DNA of 32,000 nucleotides, from positions 2,310,001 through 2,342,000 of the forward strand of contig NZ_CP034549.1 in assembly GCF_003966335.1 (NCBI RefSeq). The letters run 5' to 3'. Made by a program: the position numbers and the translations under genes. The notes below the pieces were generated by a model, which was given only the letters and a program-made list of their open reading frames with translations, did not search any database and was not told the origin of the DNA. The DNA is from Nonlabens ponticola (GTDB lineage Bacteria; Bacteroidota; Bacteroidia; Flavobacteriales; Flavobacteriaceae). Position 1 is the first letter of the stretch. Each line of letters opens with the position of its first letter. Below are positions 1 to 8,986 of this stretch, in pieces.

Positions 1-1426
1 TTCTAAAAATGCCGCCACCACTATTATTAATGACGATAATTTTCATGTCTCGCGGTATGTAGTTATTCCATAGAGCGTTTGAATCGTAAAAAAAGCTCAA
101 ATCTCCTGTGATTAAAAAGGTCCTATTCTTAACAGCTGTTGCCGCACCTATGGCTGTACTGGTACTACCATCGATACCACTCGTACCGCGATTTGAAAAT
201 ACCGTATGACTTGCATTCATTGGAAAAAGCTGTGCATACCTGATGGTGCTGCTATTACCCAATTGCAAAGTGATATCGTCAGGTAGCGCATTGAATAAAA
301 GTTCAAAAACCTTAAGATCACTCCACGGTATCTGTGCCAGATAATCAGGGCGCTTACTCAAATATGTGCGGAATTTGCCTAACCACTGCTGCTGGTAGTC
401 ACTAGAAATAGTATTCTCTGGTAATTTATGAATCCACTCACTAGGAGCTATCTTGATGTGTGCGGCTAGTTTGAAGAAGGTATCGTAAGCACGACGACGA
501 CCTATATGATAATGTATCCTCGTCTCAAACCTGCGCAAATACTGTTTAACCTTTTTGCTCACGATCATGCCTCCTATGGTAATCACAAGGTCTGGTTGTA
601 GCGCAGCAATCTCACCATCGTCAAATTCTATAGGCGCGATAAGTGTATCAATTCCCCAAACCAGCTTATCATGTACCACGTTGCTACTTACCTCACTCAT
701 AACGAGAACGCTAGGATCTGCCGTAAGTTTATCTAAATCTTCTTTTGTAAACACTGGTGGATTTAAGGTAGAAAGTATTACTAGTTTGCGGCTGGCACTA
801 CTCCACTGTTCATAAAATTCATCTGGAATAACCGTACGTTCCTGCTTGAGAACGTCCATTACTTTTACATCAAGATTATAATCCTTTATCGTATTATAAA
901 GCGGTTCCTCAAATGGCACATTGATATGCACTGGACCGTATTTTGACAAGCAATTATTGAGAGCTCTATTGATTTTTCGCTCGTTTGTCACAAGATGTTC
1001 TTGATTGCTGGGATCGTTGATGATCTCTAGTTGCGTGTCATAAATGATGTGTTTGCCGTAAACGTTCTTTTGCTGGATAGTCTGCCCATCACCTATATCA
1101 ATTTTATGCGGTGGCCTATCGGCGCTTAAAATAATGAGTTGAATCTCACTGTAATAAGCCTCTGCAACTGCTGGGTAATAATTGAGTAATGCGCTACCGC
1201 TGGTGCATAAACAAGCCACTAGCTCTTGCAGCTGTTGAGCAATACCTAAAGCAAAATGTGCAGCGCAGCGCTCGTCAACAATACTGTAACAGGTGAAAAA
1301 ATCATCTGATGTAAAACCTATCGTTAGCGGCGCGTTGCGAGATCCAGGTGATATCACGATGTGCTTGACGCCACGTTTCTTGAATAATAAGAGAATTTGT
1401 TGGGCGTGCGGTATGCTAGTAGTCAT
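1..1426 (-). CDS. menD: 2-succinyl-5-enolpyruvyl-6-hydroxy-3-cyclohexene-1-carboxylate (SEPHCHC) synthase MenD, truncated at its 3' end by the window edge
   Basis: Minus-strand ORF from ATG at 1424-1426 to the window edge. It is absent from the ORF track because it is truncated. My translation starts MTTSIPHAQQILLLFKKRGVKHIVISPGSRNAPLT and contains the ThDP-enzyme motif GDLSFFYDSNALWN near position 60-130. It lies downstream of menF on the same strand. Confidence 0.85.
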   Translation of the reverse strand, partial: MTTSIPHAQQILLLFKKRGVKHIVISPGSRNAPLTIGFTSDDFFTCYSIVDERCAAHFALGIAQQLQELVACLCTSGSALLNYYPAVAEAYYSEIQLIILSADRPPHKIDIGDGQTIQQKNVYGKHIIYDTQLEIINDPSNQEHLVTNERKINRALNNCLSKYGPVHINVPFEEPLYNTIKDYNLDVKVMDVLKQERTVIPDEFYEQWSSASRKLVILSTLNPPVFTKEDLDKLTADPSVLVMSEVSSNVVHDKLVWGIDTLIAPIEFDDGEIAALQPDLVITIGGMIVSKKVKQYLRRFETRIHYHIGRRRAYDTFFKLAAHIKIAPSEWIHKLPENTISSDYQQQWLGKFRTYLSKRPDYLAQIPWSDLKVFELLFNALPDDITLQLGNSSTIRYAQLFPMNASHTVFSNRGTSGIDGSTSTAIGAATAVKNRTFLITGDLSFFYDSNALWNNYIPRDMKIIVINNSGGGIFR

Positions 1427-1740
1427 TGTGTAAAAATAGTCGAGCCACCTAGAGCAAACGAGCTTTTTATGAAATGACTAACGATTTGAATATTGCAGCT
1501 TTAAGATAATCTTTAGAAGTTTATACATGCTTTTTAGAAAACAATAAGGTTTGTAAGAGATTAAATACATTAGCTTAGTAAGAAAAATCACATGCTTCTT
1601 CCATTCAAATTTATTGCGTTCTATACCGTGATAGGTTTATTGAGATTAGGCTATGGTATTGCTAAGGTTAAAGGATATTTGGGGCACTTATTAATGATTA
1701 TCAAAATATGATCTGAACATTACTTGGTCATCAGTTCCCT

Positions 1741-2778
1741 TCACAATAATCTGGACATAATACGTAGTTTATTTTCAGTTTCCTGGTATTCCGCTATCGG
1801 ATCACTCATCGCGGTGATGCCGCCACCTGCATATAGCGATATTTGATTCGCTTCAATTTTCATACAGCGCAAATTGACAAAGTATTTTGCTTCTTGCCCT
1901 TTGGGCTGTACTATACCTAAATAGCCTGTATAGAAGGAACGATCATAATTTTCATGATCTCTTATAAAATCCAGAGCAAGATCTCGAGGAACTCCACAAA
2001 CAGCTGGAGTTGGATGTAGTAACGCTAGACATTTATCCAGATCCTCATTTCGTACTCGAGCTGTAATATCGGTTTTCAGGTGGTACAATTCACCAGCTTT
2101 TATAGTTTCTACCTTTGATGTTTCAATCTGATCTGTGACTTTGGACAACTGTGATGAAATAAATCTAGTCACCAATTCCTGCTCTTCTTGCTCCTTGATC
2201 GTCCATTGAACAGCTTCTTTATTTTGAGCACTCATAGTACCAGCAAGCGACATCGTTTTGACCATTCCATCCTTGTAGGAAAGAAGTATTTCTGGTGTCG
2301 CACCTAACCAGGTTCCCACGGCTGGATGATGAAATAAATAACAGTTTGCATCAGGATAGTTGTCAAGCAGTCTAGAGAGAATATCCATGATGGAAGATTC
2401 TTGCTGGACAGTCACTTTTCGTGATAATACGACTTTCTGTAATTCACTATTTTGAATGTGCTGTACGGCTCGATTTACCAGCTTTATATGGCTGTGCTTG
2501 TCCTCAACATCAAGTTTTACTGTGGTACTTGTGTCAATCACACCACTTAAACTCCACCTAAACTCCTGAATGACATCACCTCTAATTATGATCTGGTTTT
2601 CAGTATTTTGAAATTTTGAAAAAACCGCATAAGACATTGTGTCAGTAGCTGTTTTATGAAGCTTTTTGTCGTTCTGACTTAGAATCTTCACGCGTGGCTC
2701 GCCTTGTTGACGTAACAGTAAGAAAGGTAAATCCTGTTCGAGTAATTCCTGAGTATATGAGAGTAAGTTTTCGCGCAA
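1741..2778 (-). CDS. menF: isochorismate synthase (menaquinone-specific)
   Basis: 345 aa. Has a chorismate-binding-enzyme C-terminal signature (SFYTGYLG, NLRCM, YAGGGI). Flanked by menI and menD. Start is TTG at 2776-2778. Confidence 0.85.
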   Translation of the reverse strand: MRENLLSYTQELLEQDLPFLLLRQQGEPRVKILSQNDKKLHKTATDTMSYAVFSKFQNTENQIIIRGDVIQEFRWSLSGVIDTSTTVKLDVEDKHSHIKLVNRAVQHIQNSELQKVVLSRKVTVQQESSIMDILSRLLDNYPDANCYLFHHPAVGTWLGATPEILLSYKDGMVKTMSLAGTMSAQNKEAVQWTIKEQEEQELVTRFISSQLSKVTDQIETSKVETIKAGELYHLKTDITARVRNEDLDKCLALLHPTPAVCGVPRDLALDFIRDHENYDRSFYTGYLGIVQPKGQEAKYFVNLRCMKIEANQISLYAGGGITAMSDPIAEYQETENKLRIMSRLL

Positions 2779-2789
2779 GCGGTATAATT

Positions 2790-3209
2790 TTAAGACCCTT
2801 TTTTAAGAGCAATGGTAGTCAGTTTACAAATGGAAATCAGTCTGTTTTCCTCATCAGTAATTCTGATTTCCCAGAGCTGTGTAGTTCGTCCTTTGTGTAG
2901 GAATCGAGCAGTCGCATTTACAAATCCGTCAGCTTTTGATCGGGTATGATTTGCACTAATCTCAAGACCACGAATGGCGAAATTATCGGTATCCAGAAAG
3001 ATATAACTAGCCGCGCTTCCTACAGATTCTGCAAGGGCAACACTGGCGCCTCCATGTAGTACTCCATCGGGTTGATGCACTCTTGAGGTAACTGGCATTT
3101 GGGCTGTGAGATAGTCATCGCCTACATCTACAAATTCAATGGCTAGCGTTTCCATTAACGTGCCTTTACTTATGGCGTTGCACTGCTGTAGTATCTTTTC
3201 TTTGTCCAT
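2790..3209 (-). CDS. menI: hotdog-fold thioesterase, 1,4-dihydroxy-2-naphthoyl-CoA hydrolase type (YdiI/MenI, PaaI family)
   Basis: 139 aa. The core HQPDGVLHGGASVALAESVGS and ANHTRS closely resemble E. coli YdiI/EntH-type thioesterases. It sits 11 nt upstream of menF. Confidence 0.75.
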   Translation of the reverse strand: MDKEKILQQCNAISKGTLMETLAIEFVDVGDDYLTAQMPVTSRVHQPDGVLHGGASVALAESVGSAASYIFLDTDNFAIRGLEISANHTRSKADGFVNATARFLHKGRTTQLWEIRITDEENRLISICKLTTIALKKGS

Positions 3210-3245
3210 ATCTTTATCAAAAATAAGCCATCAACCCCTAAATAA

Positions 3246-3890
3246 ATGACAAAATCAGTCACCTACCAGCATACCAATACCTATGAAGTAGTCAATGCAA
3301 TTACCGACCAGACTAAGAATATTTGGATTTGTGCTCATGGCTTAGGCTATCTCGCCACTTATTTTAAAAAGTATTTTTTACATCTTGACAACAGAGAAAA
3401 CAGCTTTATCGTGCTACAAGCACCATCCAAATACTATCAGGGAAAAGATTTTAAACATGTAGGAGCTAGCTGGCTTACGCGCGTGGATACGCAGCAAGAA
3501 ATAGGCAATAACGTCAACTATATCTATGAGGTCATGCGTGCTGAAAATCTTATGGGCGACCCGCGACTAGTATTTTTTGGTTACTCACAAGGCGTGTCAA
3601 TAATGACCAGACTTATGGCCTTGTACAATCAGCGCATACAAGCTTTAATCATGCATAGCGGCAGCATTCCTGCCGAACTTAATAGTAGCCATGCTTCCAT
3701 TTTCAGGCAACAATGTGATCGTATCATACATATCTCAGGAACCCAAGATGAGTACGTTGATGAGCAGGTAATCAAACGTGAAAACAAGCAAATTGATACA
3801 CTTTTTGGAACTATGGTAGAGATTCATCGTCCCGATATCAATCATAAAGTAGATACTGACCTACTACTACAAATTTCAAAAACATTGTAA
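3246..3890 (+). CDS. alpha/beta hydrolase, phospholipase/carboxylesterase-like
   Basis: 214 aa. Has the nucleophile elbow GYSQG, plus downstream acidic (GTQDEYVD) and His (HRPDINH) candidates for a catalytic triad. Divergent from the men operon across a 36-nt spacer. Confidence 0.7.
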   Translation: MTKSVTYQHTNTYEVVNAITDQTKNIWICAHGLGYLATYFKKYFLHLDNRENSFIVLQAPSKYYQGKDFKHVGASWLTRVDTQQEIGNNVNYIYEVMRAENLMGDPRLVFFGYSQGVSIMTRLMALYNQRIQALIMHSGSIPAELNSSHASIFRQQCDRIIHISGTQDEYVDEQVIKRENKQIDTLFGTMVEIHRPDINHKVDTDLLLQISKTL

Positions 3891-4471
3891 TGGAATTACT
3901 ATTTGCCACGCACAATCCCAACAAGCTCATTGAGGTGCAAGCCATGATGCCTGCGCACGTTAAACTATTGAGTCTTGCCGATGTCCTATTACATGATGAC
4001 ATTCCAGAGACAGCAGACACTATTGAAGGCAACGCTATTCTTAAAACAGATTACATTACGGCACGCATGAATTATCCTGTTTTTGCAGATGATACAGGAC
4101 TCATCGTTCCTGCACTTAATGGCGAGCCTGGTGTTTACAGCGCGCGATACGCTGGAGATCACAAGAACAGTGACGACAATATGAATAAATTGTTGGAGCA
4201 ATTGCAAGGCAAGGATCGCGCGGCCTATTTCCAGACGGTCATATCTTTTAATCAAGAAGGACAACAACATCTTTTTACTGGCGAGTGCCACGGCACGATT
4301 TTAGAAGATAAGCGTGGTGACGGCGGTTTTGGCTACGATCCTATTTTTAAACCAAAAGGTTATGAATTATCATTTGCTCAAATGCCACTAGATGAAAAAG
4401 CACGCATTTCCCATCGTGGGAAAGCGCTTGCCCAACTAATTGATTTCCTAGATCGTCAAGTTAATAAATAG
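3890..4471 (+). CDS. rdgB: non-canonical purine NTP pyrophosphatase (RdgB/HAM1 family)
   Basis: 193 aa. Has FATHNPNKLIEV, the GEPGVYSARYAG segment, FGYDPIF and SHRGKA motifs. Its start overlaps the upstream stop (TAATG). Confidence 0.9.
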   Translation: MELLFATHNPNKLIEVQAMMPAHVKLLSLADVLLHDDIPETADTIEGNAILKTDYITARMNYPVFADDTGLIVPALNGEPGVYSARYAGDHKNSDDNMNKLLEQLQGKDRAAYFQTVISFNQEGQQHLFTGECHGTILEDKRGDGGFGYDPIFKPKGYELSFAQMPLDEKARISHRGKALAQLIDFLDRQVNK

Positions 4472-4518
4472 TAAAACAAGAGTCCAGCCTTTAGACTTGG
4501 CTTATTTTAGTACACTTT

Positions 4519-5301
4519 ATGAAATTTAAAAACACACTTCTCGTTTTTCTTATTGGTTTTTGCATGGCTTTAGGTAGCGCTCAAGGCGAAAGCGATGAAA
4601 TCAACACCTACGTCAATGGTAAAGTCCTCAATGCGTCAAATGATGATATTCTGGACAACGTTAACATCGTGAACCTCAACAAAGTCATAGGAACCATTAC
4701 TAGAGAAGATGGTAGCTTTACCATTAGAGCGTCGGTTAATGACACTCTATATTTCTCTTACATAGGTTATCAAACAATCAACGTGCGTGTCACAGAAGAT
4801 TGGATCAAGTACGGCAATGTAACTGTTGCCATGACAGAGAAAGGTATCGCTTTAGAAGAAGTAACTGTTGTAGATAATGGATTGACTGGATATCTAGAAA
4901 TAGATGCCAAACGTGCTCCTATTTATGCCAGTCGCAGATTTAGCATTAGTGGATTACCAGAGGCCTATGAAGGTGGTAATGCTGGACCAGGCGCAGTGAG
5001 CAAAGTTCTCAACTCTATTTTCAATCCTGCCGATTTTCTTTATAACGTCTTTAGTAAAGAAGGGAAATCTTTACGCAAGGTGCGACAGATCAAGGAACAA
5101 GATGAAATACGCAATCTGCTGCAAAGCAAGTACGATCGTGAAACGCTCGTGAACTTGTTGCAGATAGATAAGATTAGCATTGATGCCATCTTGCGTAACT
5201 GTCAGTACTCCAAGGAATTTATAAAAACAGCCAACGATTTACAGATTCTGGATGCCATCAGTGAATGTTATGAAGAATACAAAGTGCTTAATAAAAACTA
5301 A
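4519..5301 (+). CDS. secreted protein with carboxypeptidase-regulatory-like (CarboxypepD_reg) N-terminal domain
   Basis: 260 aa. Has an N-terminal signal peptide. The NGKVLN...TITREDGSFTIRASVNDTLYFSYIGYQT pattern is typical of this beta-sandwich domain in Bacteroidota. Confidence 0.55.
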   Translation: MKFKNTLLVFLIGFCMALGSAQGESDEINTYVNGKVLNASNDDILDNVNIVNLNKVIGTITREDGSFTIRASVNDTLYFSYIGYQTINVRVTEDWIKYGNVTVAMTEKGIALEEVTVVDNGLTGYLEIDAKRAPIYASRRFSISGLPEAYEGGNAGPGAVSKVLNSIFNPADFLYNVFSKEGKSLRKVRQIKEQDEIRNLLQSKYDRETLVNLLQIDKISIDAILRNCQYSKEFIKTANDLQILDAISECYEEYKVLNKN

Positions 5302-5316
5302 TTAAAAGTCAACCCA

Positions 5317-6393
5317 ATGAATTACATAAAACTAACAGCTGCAAGTTTGCTATTAGCCGCAACGGTAAGTAGTTGCAACAGCGTTAAAAACAACAAACAA
5401 GATCAACCCAATACATCGACATCAACTGATAATACCCAGATGATGGTAAAAGATGCAGATGTGATGAAGTACGCAAATACAATTACAGAAGCGGAACTTA
5501 AAGAACAATTGTACTACTACGCATCTGACGAGATGGAAGGTCGTATGACTGGAACTCCAGGGCAGCGTAGAGCGGTTGACTATCTAATAGGTCAATATAA
5601 AGCGATGGGTGTTGATGGTGGTAACACAGGTGGCACCTACCTTCAAGCCATTCCAGAAGAATTTTTTGGTAGACGTAAAATTACCAGCGAGAATGTCCTA
5701 GCCTTTATAGAAGGATCTGAAAAGCCAGAAGAAATTCTAGTACTGAGTGCTCATCTAGACCATGTAGGTCAAGAAGACGGCGAGATATACAATGGTGCAG
5801 ATGACGATGGTAGTGGTACCATCGCGCTACTAGAAATTGCAGAAGCATTCCAACAAGCTAAAAAAGATGGAAAAGGACCTAAAAGATCTATACTATTCTT
5901 ACATGTAACTGCTGAGGAAATAGGATTGCAAGGAAGCAGATATTATTCGGAAAATCCAATATATCCACTTGCAAACACCGTTGCAGATCTTAATGTAGAT
6001 ATGATAGGACGTATTGATCCAAAGAGAGAGAAAAAGTCAAATTATGTTTACCTGATCGGTTCAGATATGTTAAGCCAGGACTTGCACAATATGAGCGAGA
6101 TGGCAAACAAAAAGTATATGAACCTTGATCTTGATTATACTTACAATGGTAAGGATGATCCTAATAGATTCTACTACAGATCTGATCACTACAATTTTGC
6201 CAAAAACAACGTGCCTGTAATCTTCTATTTCAATGGAACACATGAAGACTATCACAAACCAACAGATACTCCAGATAAGATCGAGTATGATTTATACAAG
6301 CAACGTACACAACTCATTTTTGTAACGGCTTGGGAAATTGCTAATGCTGATAAACGCCCAGCCTTGATTGCAGAGGTAGAGAGCGAAGATTAA
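5317..6393 (+). CDS. M28 family metallopeptidase (aminopeptidase), lipoprotein
   Basis: 358 aa. Has a lipobox-like LAATVSSC. Metal-ligand pattern: SAHLDHVG, GADDDGSG, TAEEIGLQGS, and HEDYH near the C-terminus. Confidence 0.8.
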   Translation: MNYIKLTAASLLLAATVSSCNSVKNNKQDQPNTSTSTDNTQMMVKDADVMKYANTITEAELKEQLYYYASDEMEGRMTGTPGQRRAVDYLIGQYKAMGVDGGNTGGTYLQAIPEEFFGRRKITSENVLAFIEGSEKPEEILVLSAHLDHVGQEDGEIYNGADDDGSGTIALLEIAEAFQQAKKDGKGPKRSILFLHVTAEEIGLQGSRYYSENPIYPLANTVADLNVDMIGRIDPKREKKSNYVYLIGSDMLSQDLHNMSEMANKKYMNLDLDYTYNGKDDPNRFYYRSDHYNFAKNNVPVIFYFNGTHEDYHKPTDTPDKIEYDLYKQRTQLIFVTAWEIANADKRPALIAEVESED

Positions 6394-6415
6394 TAAAGGC
6401 TCAAAATGTTTAAAC

Positions 6416-6447
6416 AAAAAAACGCACCCGATTGGGTGCGTTTTTCT
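6416..6447. terminator. bidirectional rho-independent terminator between convergent genes
   Basis: A-run, then stem CGCACCC (6423-6429), loop GATT, stem GGGTGCG (6434-6440), then T-run. The A/T tracts on both sides extend the stem. Confidence 0.7.
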
Positions 6448-6515
6448 TTCTATAAATTATCGTCATCAAGTTTAGCTTCTTTTGAGCTGACTCAACGAGG
6501 CATGAGAACATGATT

Positions 6516-8030
6516 CTAACTATCCACGCCAGCAAATTCCTGCTGTATAGCAACGCGCAGCCTGCGGTAGTAATCTTCTTCTAGCCAGTCCTTGTAATTG
6601 TTGGTATTGTTGATGATACAATATGAATACCTGCGTATCCGGTCGGCGATGTCGTCCTTGAGCAATTTTGCTAGAATACGAGCATCAAAAACATCCTCGC
6701 TGTTCTCGACACACCATTGCACATGTTGGGCAATAGACTCATCAAGTACTTCCTTTGATTTCCTGTTTTCCTTGGTAATTCGTTTGTAAGCACCGCGTAT
6801 GTCAAATGTAAAGTCTGTGGTATTTGGGAATTCCGCTTTGACACTAGCGGGCATTTTGTACACAAAATTGCGTTCTATCTCTTCATCAGACACAATATTC
6901 TCAACATAGAAATCTGGAGATCTAAATACTTGCTGCCAGTCCACAGGCTCATTCCATAATCCAAAACGGGCAACATTATTACCCAAATCAATAATCTGGA
7001 ATTCCTCTTTATTATCAAGTATGCGTGATCCACGACCTATCATTTGATAGTATAAGGTCAACGATTTTGTAGCACGATTGAGGATGATAGACTCTACGGT
7101 AGGTTCATCAAAACCAGTTGTCAAGATACTTACTGATGTTAAAACGGCGTCTGGTTTTTTCTTGAACCAGCGCAAAATCTCCTTTCGCTCTTCTTTAGAA
7201 TTAGTATTGTCCAGATGGCGTATCTCTATTCCTGCACGACGAAAGGTATCCTCTACCTCAATACTAGTGCGGATACCGTTATTAAAGATGAGAGTTTTCT
7301 TTCCTTTACTCGTTTCTAGGTAAGCCTGTAAAAGCTTGTCCTGCATGGAGTGATCGGTATATAGTTTCTCACTTGATTTCACCGTGTAGTCACCATTCAT
7401 TCCAATGGTTAATCCGCTCAATCCTACATCATATGTGTGTGTCACTGCTTTCGCAAGAAAACCCTTTTCTACCAATGACGTGATACTGTCACCAACTATA
7501 AGCTCGTCATAGTTATCCTTCATGGGCAACTTAAAGTTTGAGCTCAGTGGTGTTGCCGTTACACCCAACATAAAACAGTGCTCAAAATATTTAAACAGTT
7601 TGCGGAAGCTGTTATAATGCGCCTCATCCACTATTACCAGCCCAATATCCTCTAGCTTGAACTTATCGTCCTGAATACGATTGTTGAGCGTCTCTACCAT
7701 GGCTACGAAACATTGATAATCCTTCTGATCATCCAGCTCTTTCACCTTGCTATTGACAACCATATTCTTAACGTCAAAGCCAGTAAGCATCTTTGATGTT
7801 TGTTTGCACAACTCAATTCGGTGGGTTAAGATGACAACCTTCTTCTTTTTCTCTTTGAGATAGCGACGCACAATCTCAGAAAAAATCACTGTTTTACCAC
7901 CACCAGTAGGCAGTTGATATAGCAATTTGTAGTCGTCTGCCTGATGATTGATACGCTCAAAAATATCTTTGAGATCACGATCCTGATAGTCATAAAGGGA
8001 TTTGATATCAGTGGCTTTTACGTCTGTCAT
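6516..8030 (-). CDS. superfamily-2 DEAD/DEAH-box helicase (ResIII/RadD-like) with uncharacterised C-terminal region
   Basis: 504 aa. Motif I is LPTGGGKT, motif II is VIVDEAH, motif III is GVTATP, motif VI is QMIGRGSR. The last ~130 aa have no motif I recognise. Confidence 0.8.
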   Translation of the reverse strand: MTDVKATDIKSLYDYQDRDLKDIFERINHQADDYKLLYQLPTGGGKTVIFSEIVRRYLKEKKKKVVILTHRIELCKQTSKMLTGFDVKNMVVNSKVKELDDQKDYQCFVAMVETLNNRIQDDKFKLEDIGLVIVDEAHYNSFRKLFKYFEHCFMLGVTATPLSSNFKLPMKDNYDELIVGDSITSLVEKGFLAKAVTHTYDVGLSGLTIGMNGDYTVKSSEKLYTDHSMQDKLLQAYLETSKGKKTLIFNNGIRTSIEVEDTFRRAGIEIRHLDNTNSKEERKEILRWFKKKPDAVLTSVSILTTGFDEPTVESIILNRATKSLTLYYQMIGRGSRILDNKEEFQIIDLGNNVARFGLWNEPVDWQQVFRSPDFYVENIVSDEEIERNFVYKMPASVKAEFPNTTDFTFDIRGAYKRITKENRKSKEVLDESIAQHVQWCVENSEDVFDARILAKLLKDDIADRIRRYSYCIINNTNNYKDWLEEDYYRRLRVAIQQEFAGVDS

Positions 8031-8058
8031 TTGTGGAATTTTCTGATTTTGAGATTTG

Positions 8059-8066
8059 CAAAAATA
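8059..8066 (-). promoter_or_regulatory. candidate Bacteroidota -7 box (TATTTTTG) for the helicase gene
   Basis: Matches TAnnTTTG on the minus strand about 29 nt upstream of the ATG at 8030. No clear -33 TTTG. Confidence 0.3.
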
Positions 8067-8157
8067 GGCATTTTAAATGCTTTGATCGCTAGCCAGGTCA
8101 GGGCTTTGGTTAATTTTTATTGTTTAGAATTTAACAGGGTACAGCTATCGATATTCC

Positions 8158-8165
8158 TAATTTTG
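8158..8165 (+). promoter_or_regulatory. candidate Bacteroidota -7 box (TAATTTTG)
   Basis: Matches TAnnTTTG 18 nt upstream of the ATG at 8184. No clear -33 element. Confidence 0.3.
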
Positions 8166-8183
8166 TAATCCCAGAATTCAATC

Positions 8184-8798
8184 ATGCCCTTGTTTAAAGA
8201 AAAATTTCAGCCAAAAAGAGCTCACCGCTACTACAAAGTCACTGGTTTCTACTCCTTTATATTCGAGAGCATCAAGAAATCCATGCCACCTGTGCTTGTT
8301 GTTGTGGCTTTACTTGCGGTACTACATTTTACCTATGATGGTGGCATTCCTGCGTTATTGGATCTTGCTGTAGAGAGTTTACCTGGATACGGCGTACTCG
8401 CTTTTTTCTTTTTATCAGAGTCAATTCTGGGTCTTATCCCACCAGAATTATTTATCGCCTGGGCAGGAAAAACCGCTCATCCAGAACTCAACCTATTCAT
8501 GATAGCGCTATTGTCCTATCTAGGTGGTATGTGTTCTTATTTTTTGGGTCGCTGGTCGCTGTCTATTCCTAGCGTCCATGAATACCTAGAAGTAAAGATG
8601 GCCAAACAATTGATCATGGCTCGCAAATACGGTGGTATCCTTATTGCTGTGGGCGCATTGTTGCCACTGCCCTTTTCAGTAGGTAGTCTGGTGGCTGGTA
8701 TGCTGCGTTACCCGTTTAAATCCTGGGTAATTATTGGTTTACTGCGCTTTTTGCGTTTTGCCATCTATGGCGCTGCAATCTTCTCGGTAGTTTCCTAA
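8184..8798 (+). CDS. integral membrane protein, YqaA/DedA-like (VTT domain)
   Basis: 204 aa with several hydrophobic helices. The GLIPPELFIAWAG and GGMCSYFLGRW segments resemble the DedA/YqaA family. Confidence 0.5.
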   Translation: MPLFKEKFQPKRAHRYYKVTGFYSFIFESIKKSMPPVLVVVALLAVLHFTYDGGIPALLDLAVESLPGYGVLAFFFLSESILGLIPPELFIAWAGKTAHPELNLFMIALLSYLGGMCSYFLGRWSLSIPSVHEYLEVKMAKQLIMARKYGGILIAVGALLPLPFSVGSLVAGMLRYPFKSWVIIGLLRFLRFAIYGAAIFSVVS

Positions 8799-8868
8799 AT
8801 TCAACTTGTTTACATCAATTATAGTAACTATAGTGCCTTTAATTAATGGCAATGATTGTTGTGTTTCA

Positions 8869-8882
8869 GCTTTCGCGAAAGC
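8869..8882. repeat. copy 1 of 14-bp perfect palindrome GCTTTCGCGAAAGC (intergenic)
   Basis: Exact match read directly. The flank GTAATC on the right gives + polarity. Confidence 0.95.
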
Positions 8883-8918
8883 GTAATCACGACCATCTAA
8901 TAAAAATATAGCAGGTAG

Positions 8919-8932
8919 CTTATCATGATAAG
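8919..8932. repeat. unrelated 14-bp perfect palindrome CTTATCATGATAAG
   Basis: Self-complementary over all 14 nt. Lies in the same convergent intergenic gap. Confidence 0.9.
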
Positions 8933-8960
8933 GTCTCACGCATGAGTTACGCGCAATAAA

Positions 8961-8986
8961 AAAGCCTCCTAAAACTAGGAGGCTTT
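8961..8986 (-). terminator. rho-independent terminator of the OmpA-family gene
   Basis: Stem AAAGCCTCCT (8961-8970) pairs with AGGAGGCTTT (8977-8986), loop AAAACT. On the minus strand it is followed by TTTT (8957-8960). It lies 20 nt past the stop at 9006. Confidence 0.65.

Noticed and set aside
555-815. Track ORFs antisense to or nested in long conserved genes: 555-815, 2694-2900, 3838-4032, 3989-4291, 6070-6255, 6598-6789, 6671-6865, 7078-7323, 7944-8168, 9451-9690, 11034-11246, 11466-11702, 11672-11857, 11683-11886, 12526-12717, 13638-13844, 15130-15486, 16024-16299, 17176-17409, 17668-17970, 17864-18253, 19104-19295, 20714-21088, 20737-20937, 20986-21285, 22298-22600, 22401-22700, 23839-24069, 24341-24523, 24406-24624, 25905-26186, 26042-26299, 26306-26506, 29417-29761, 30296-30547
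   Set aside because: Each lies inside, or largely overlaps, a longer ORF with clear family motifs on the other strand or in another frame. Their low-complexity, Ser/Leu/Ile-rich translations are typical of shadow ORFs.
8739-8939. 66-aa minus-strand ORF spanning repeat copy 1
   Set aside because: It overlaps the 3' end of the 8184-8798 gene and consists of intergenic palindromes read through by chance, which is possible because the repeat is stop-free. There is no start context or recognisable motif.
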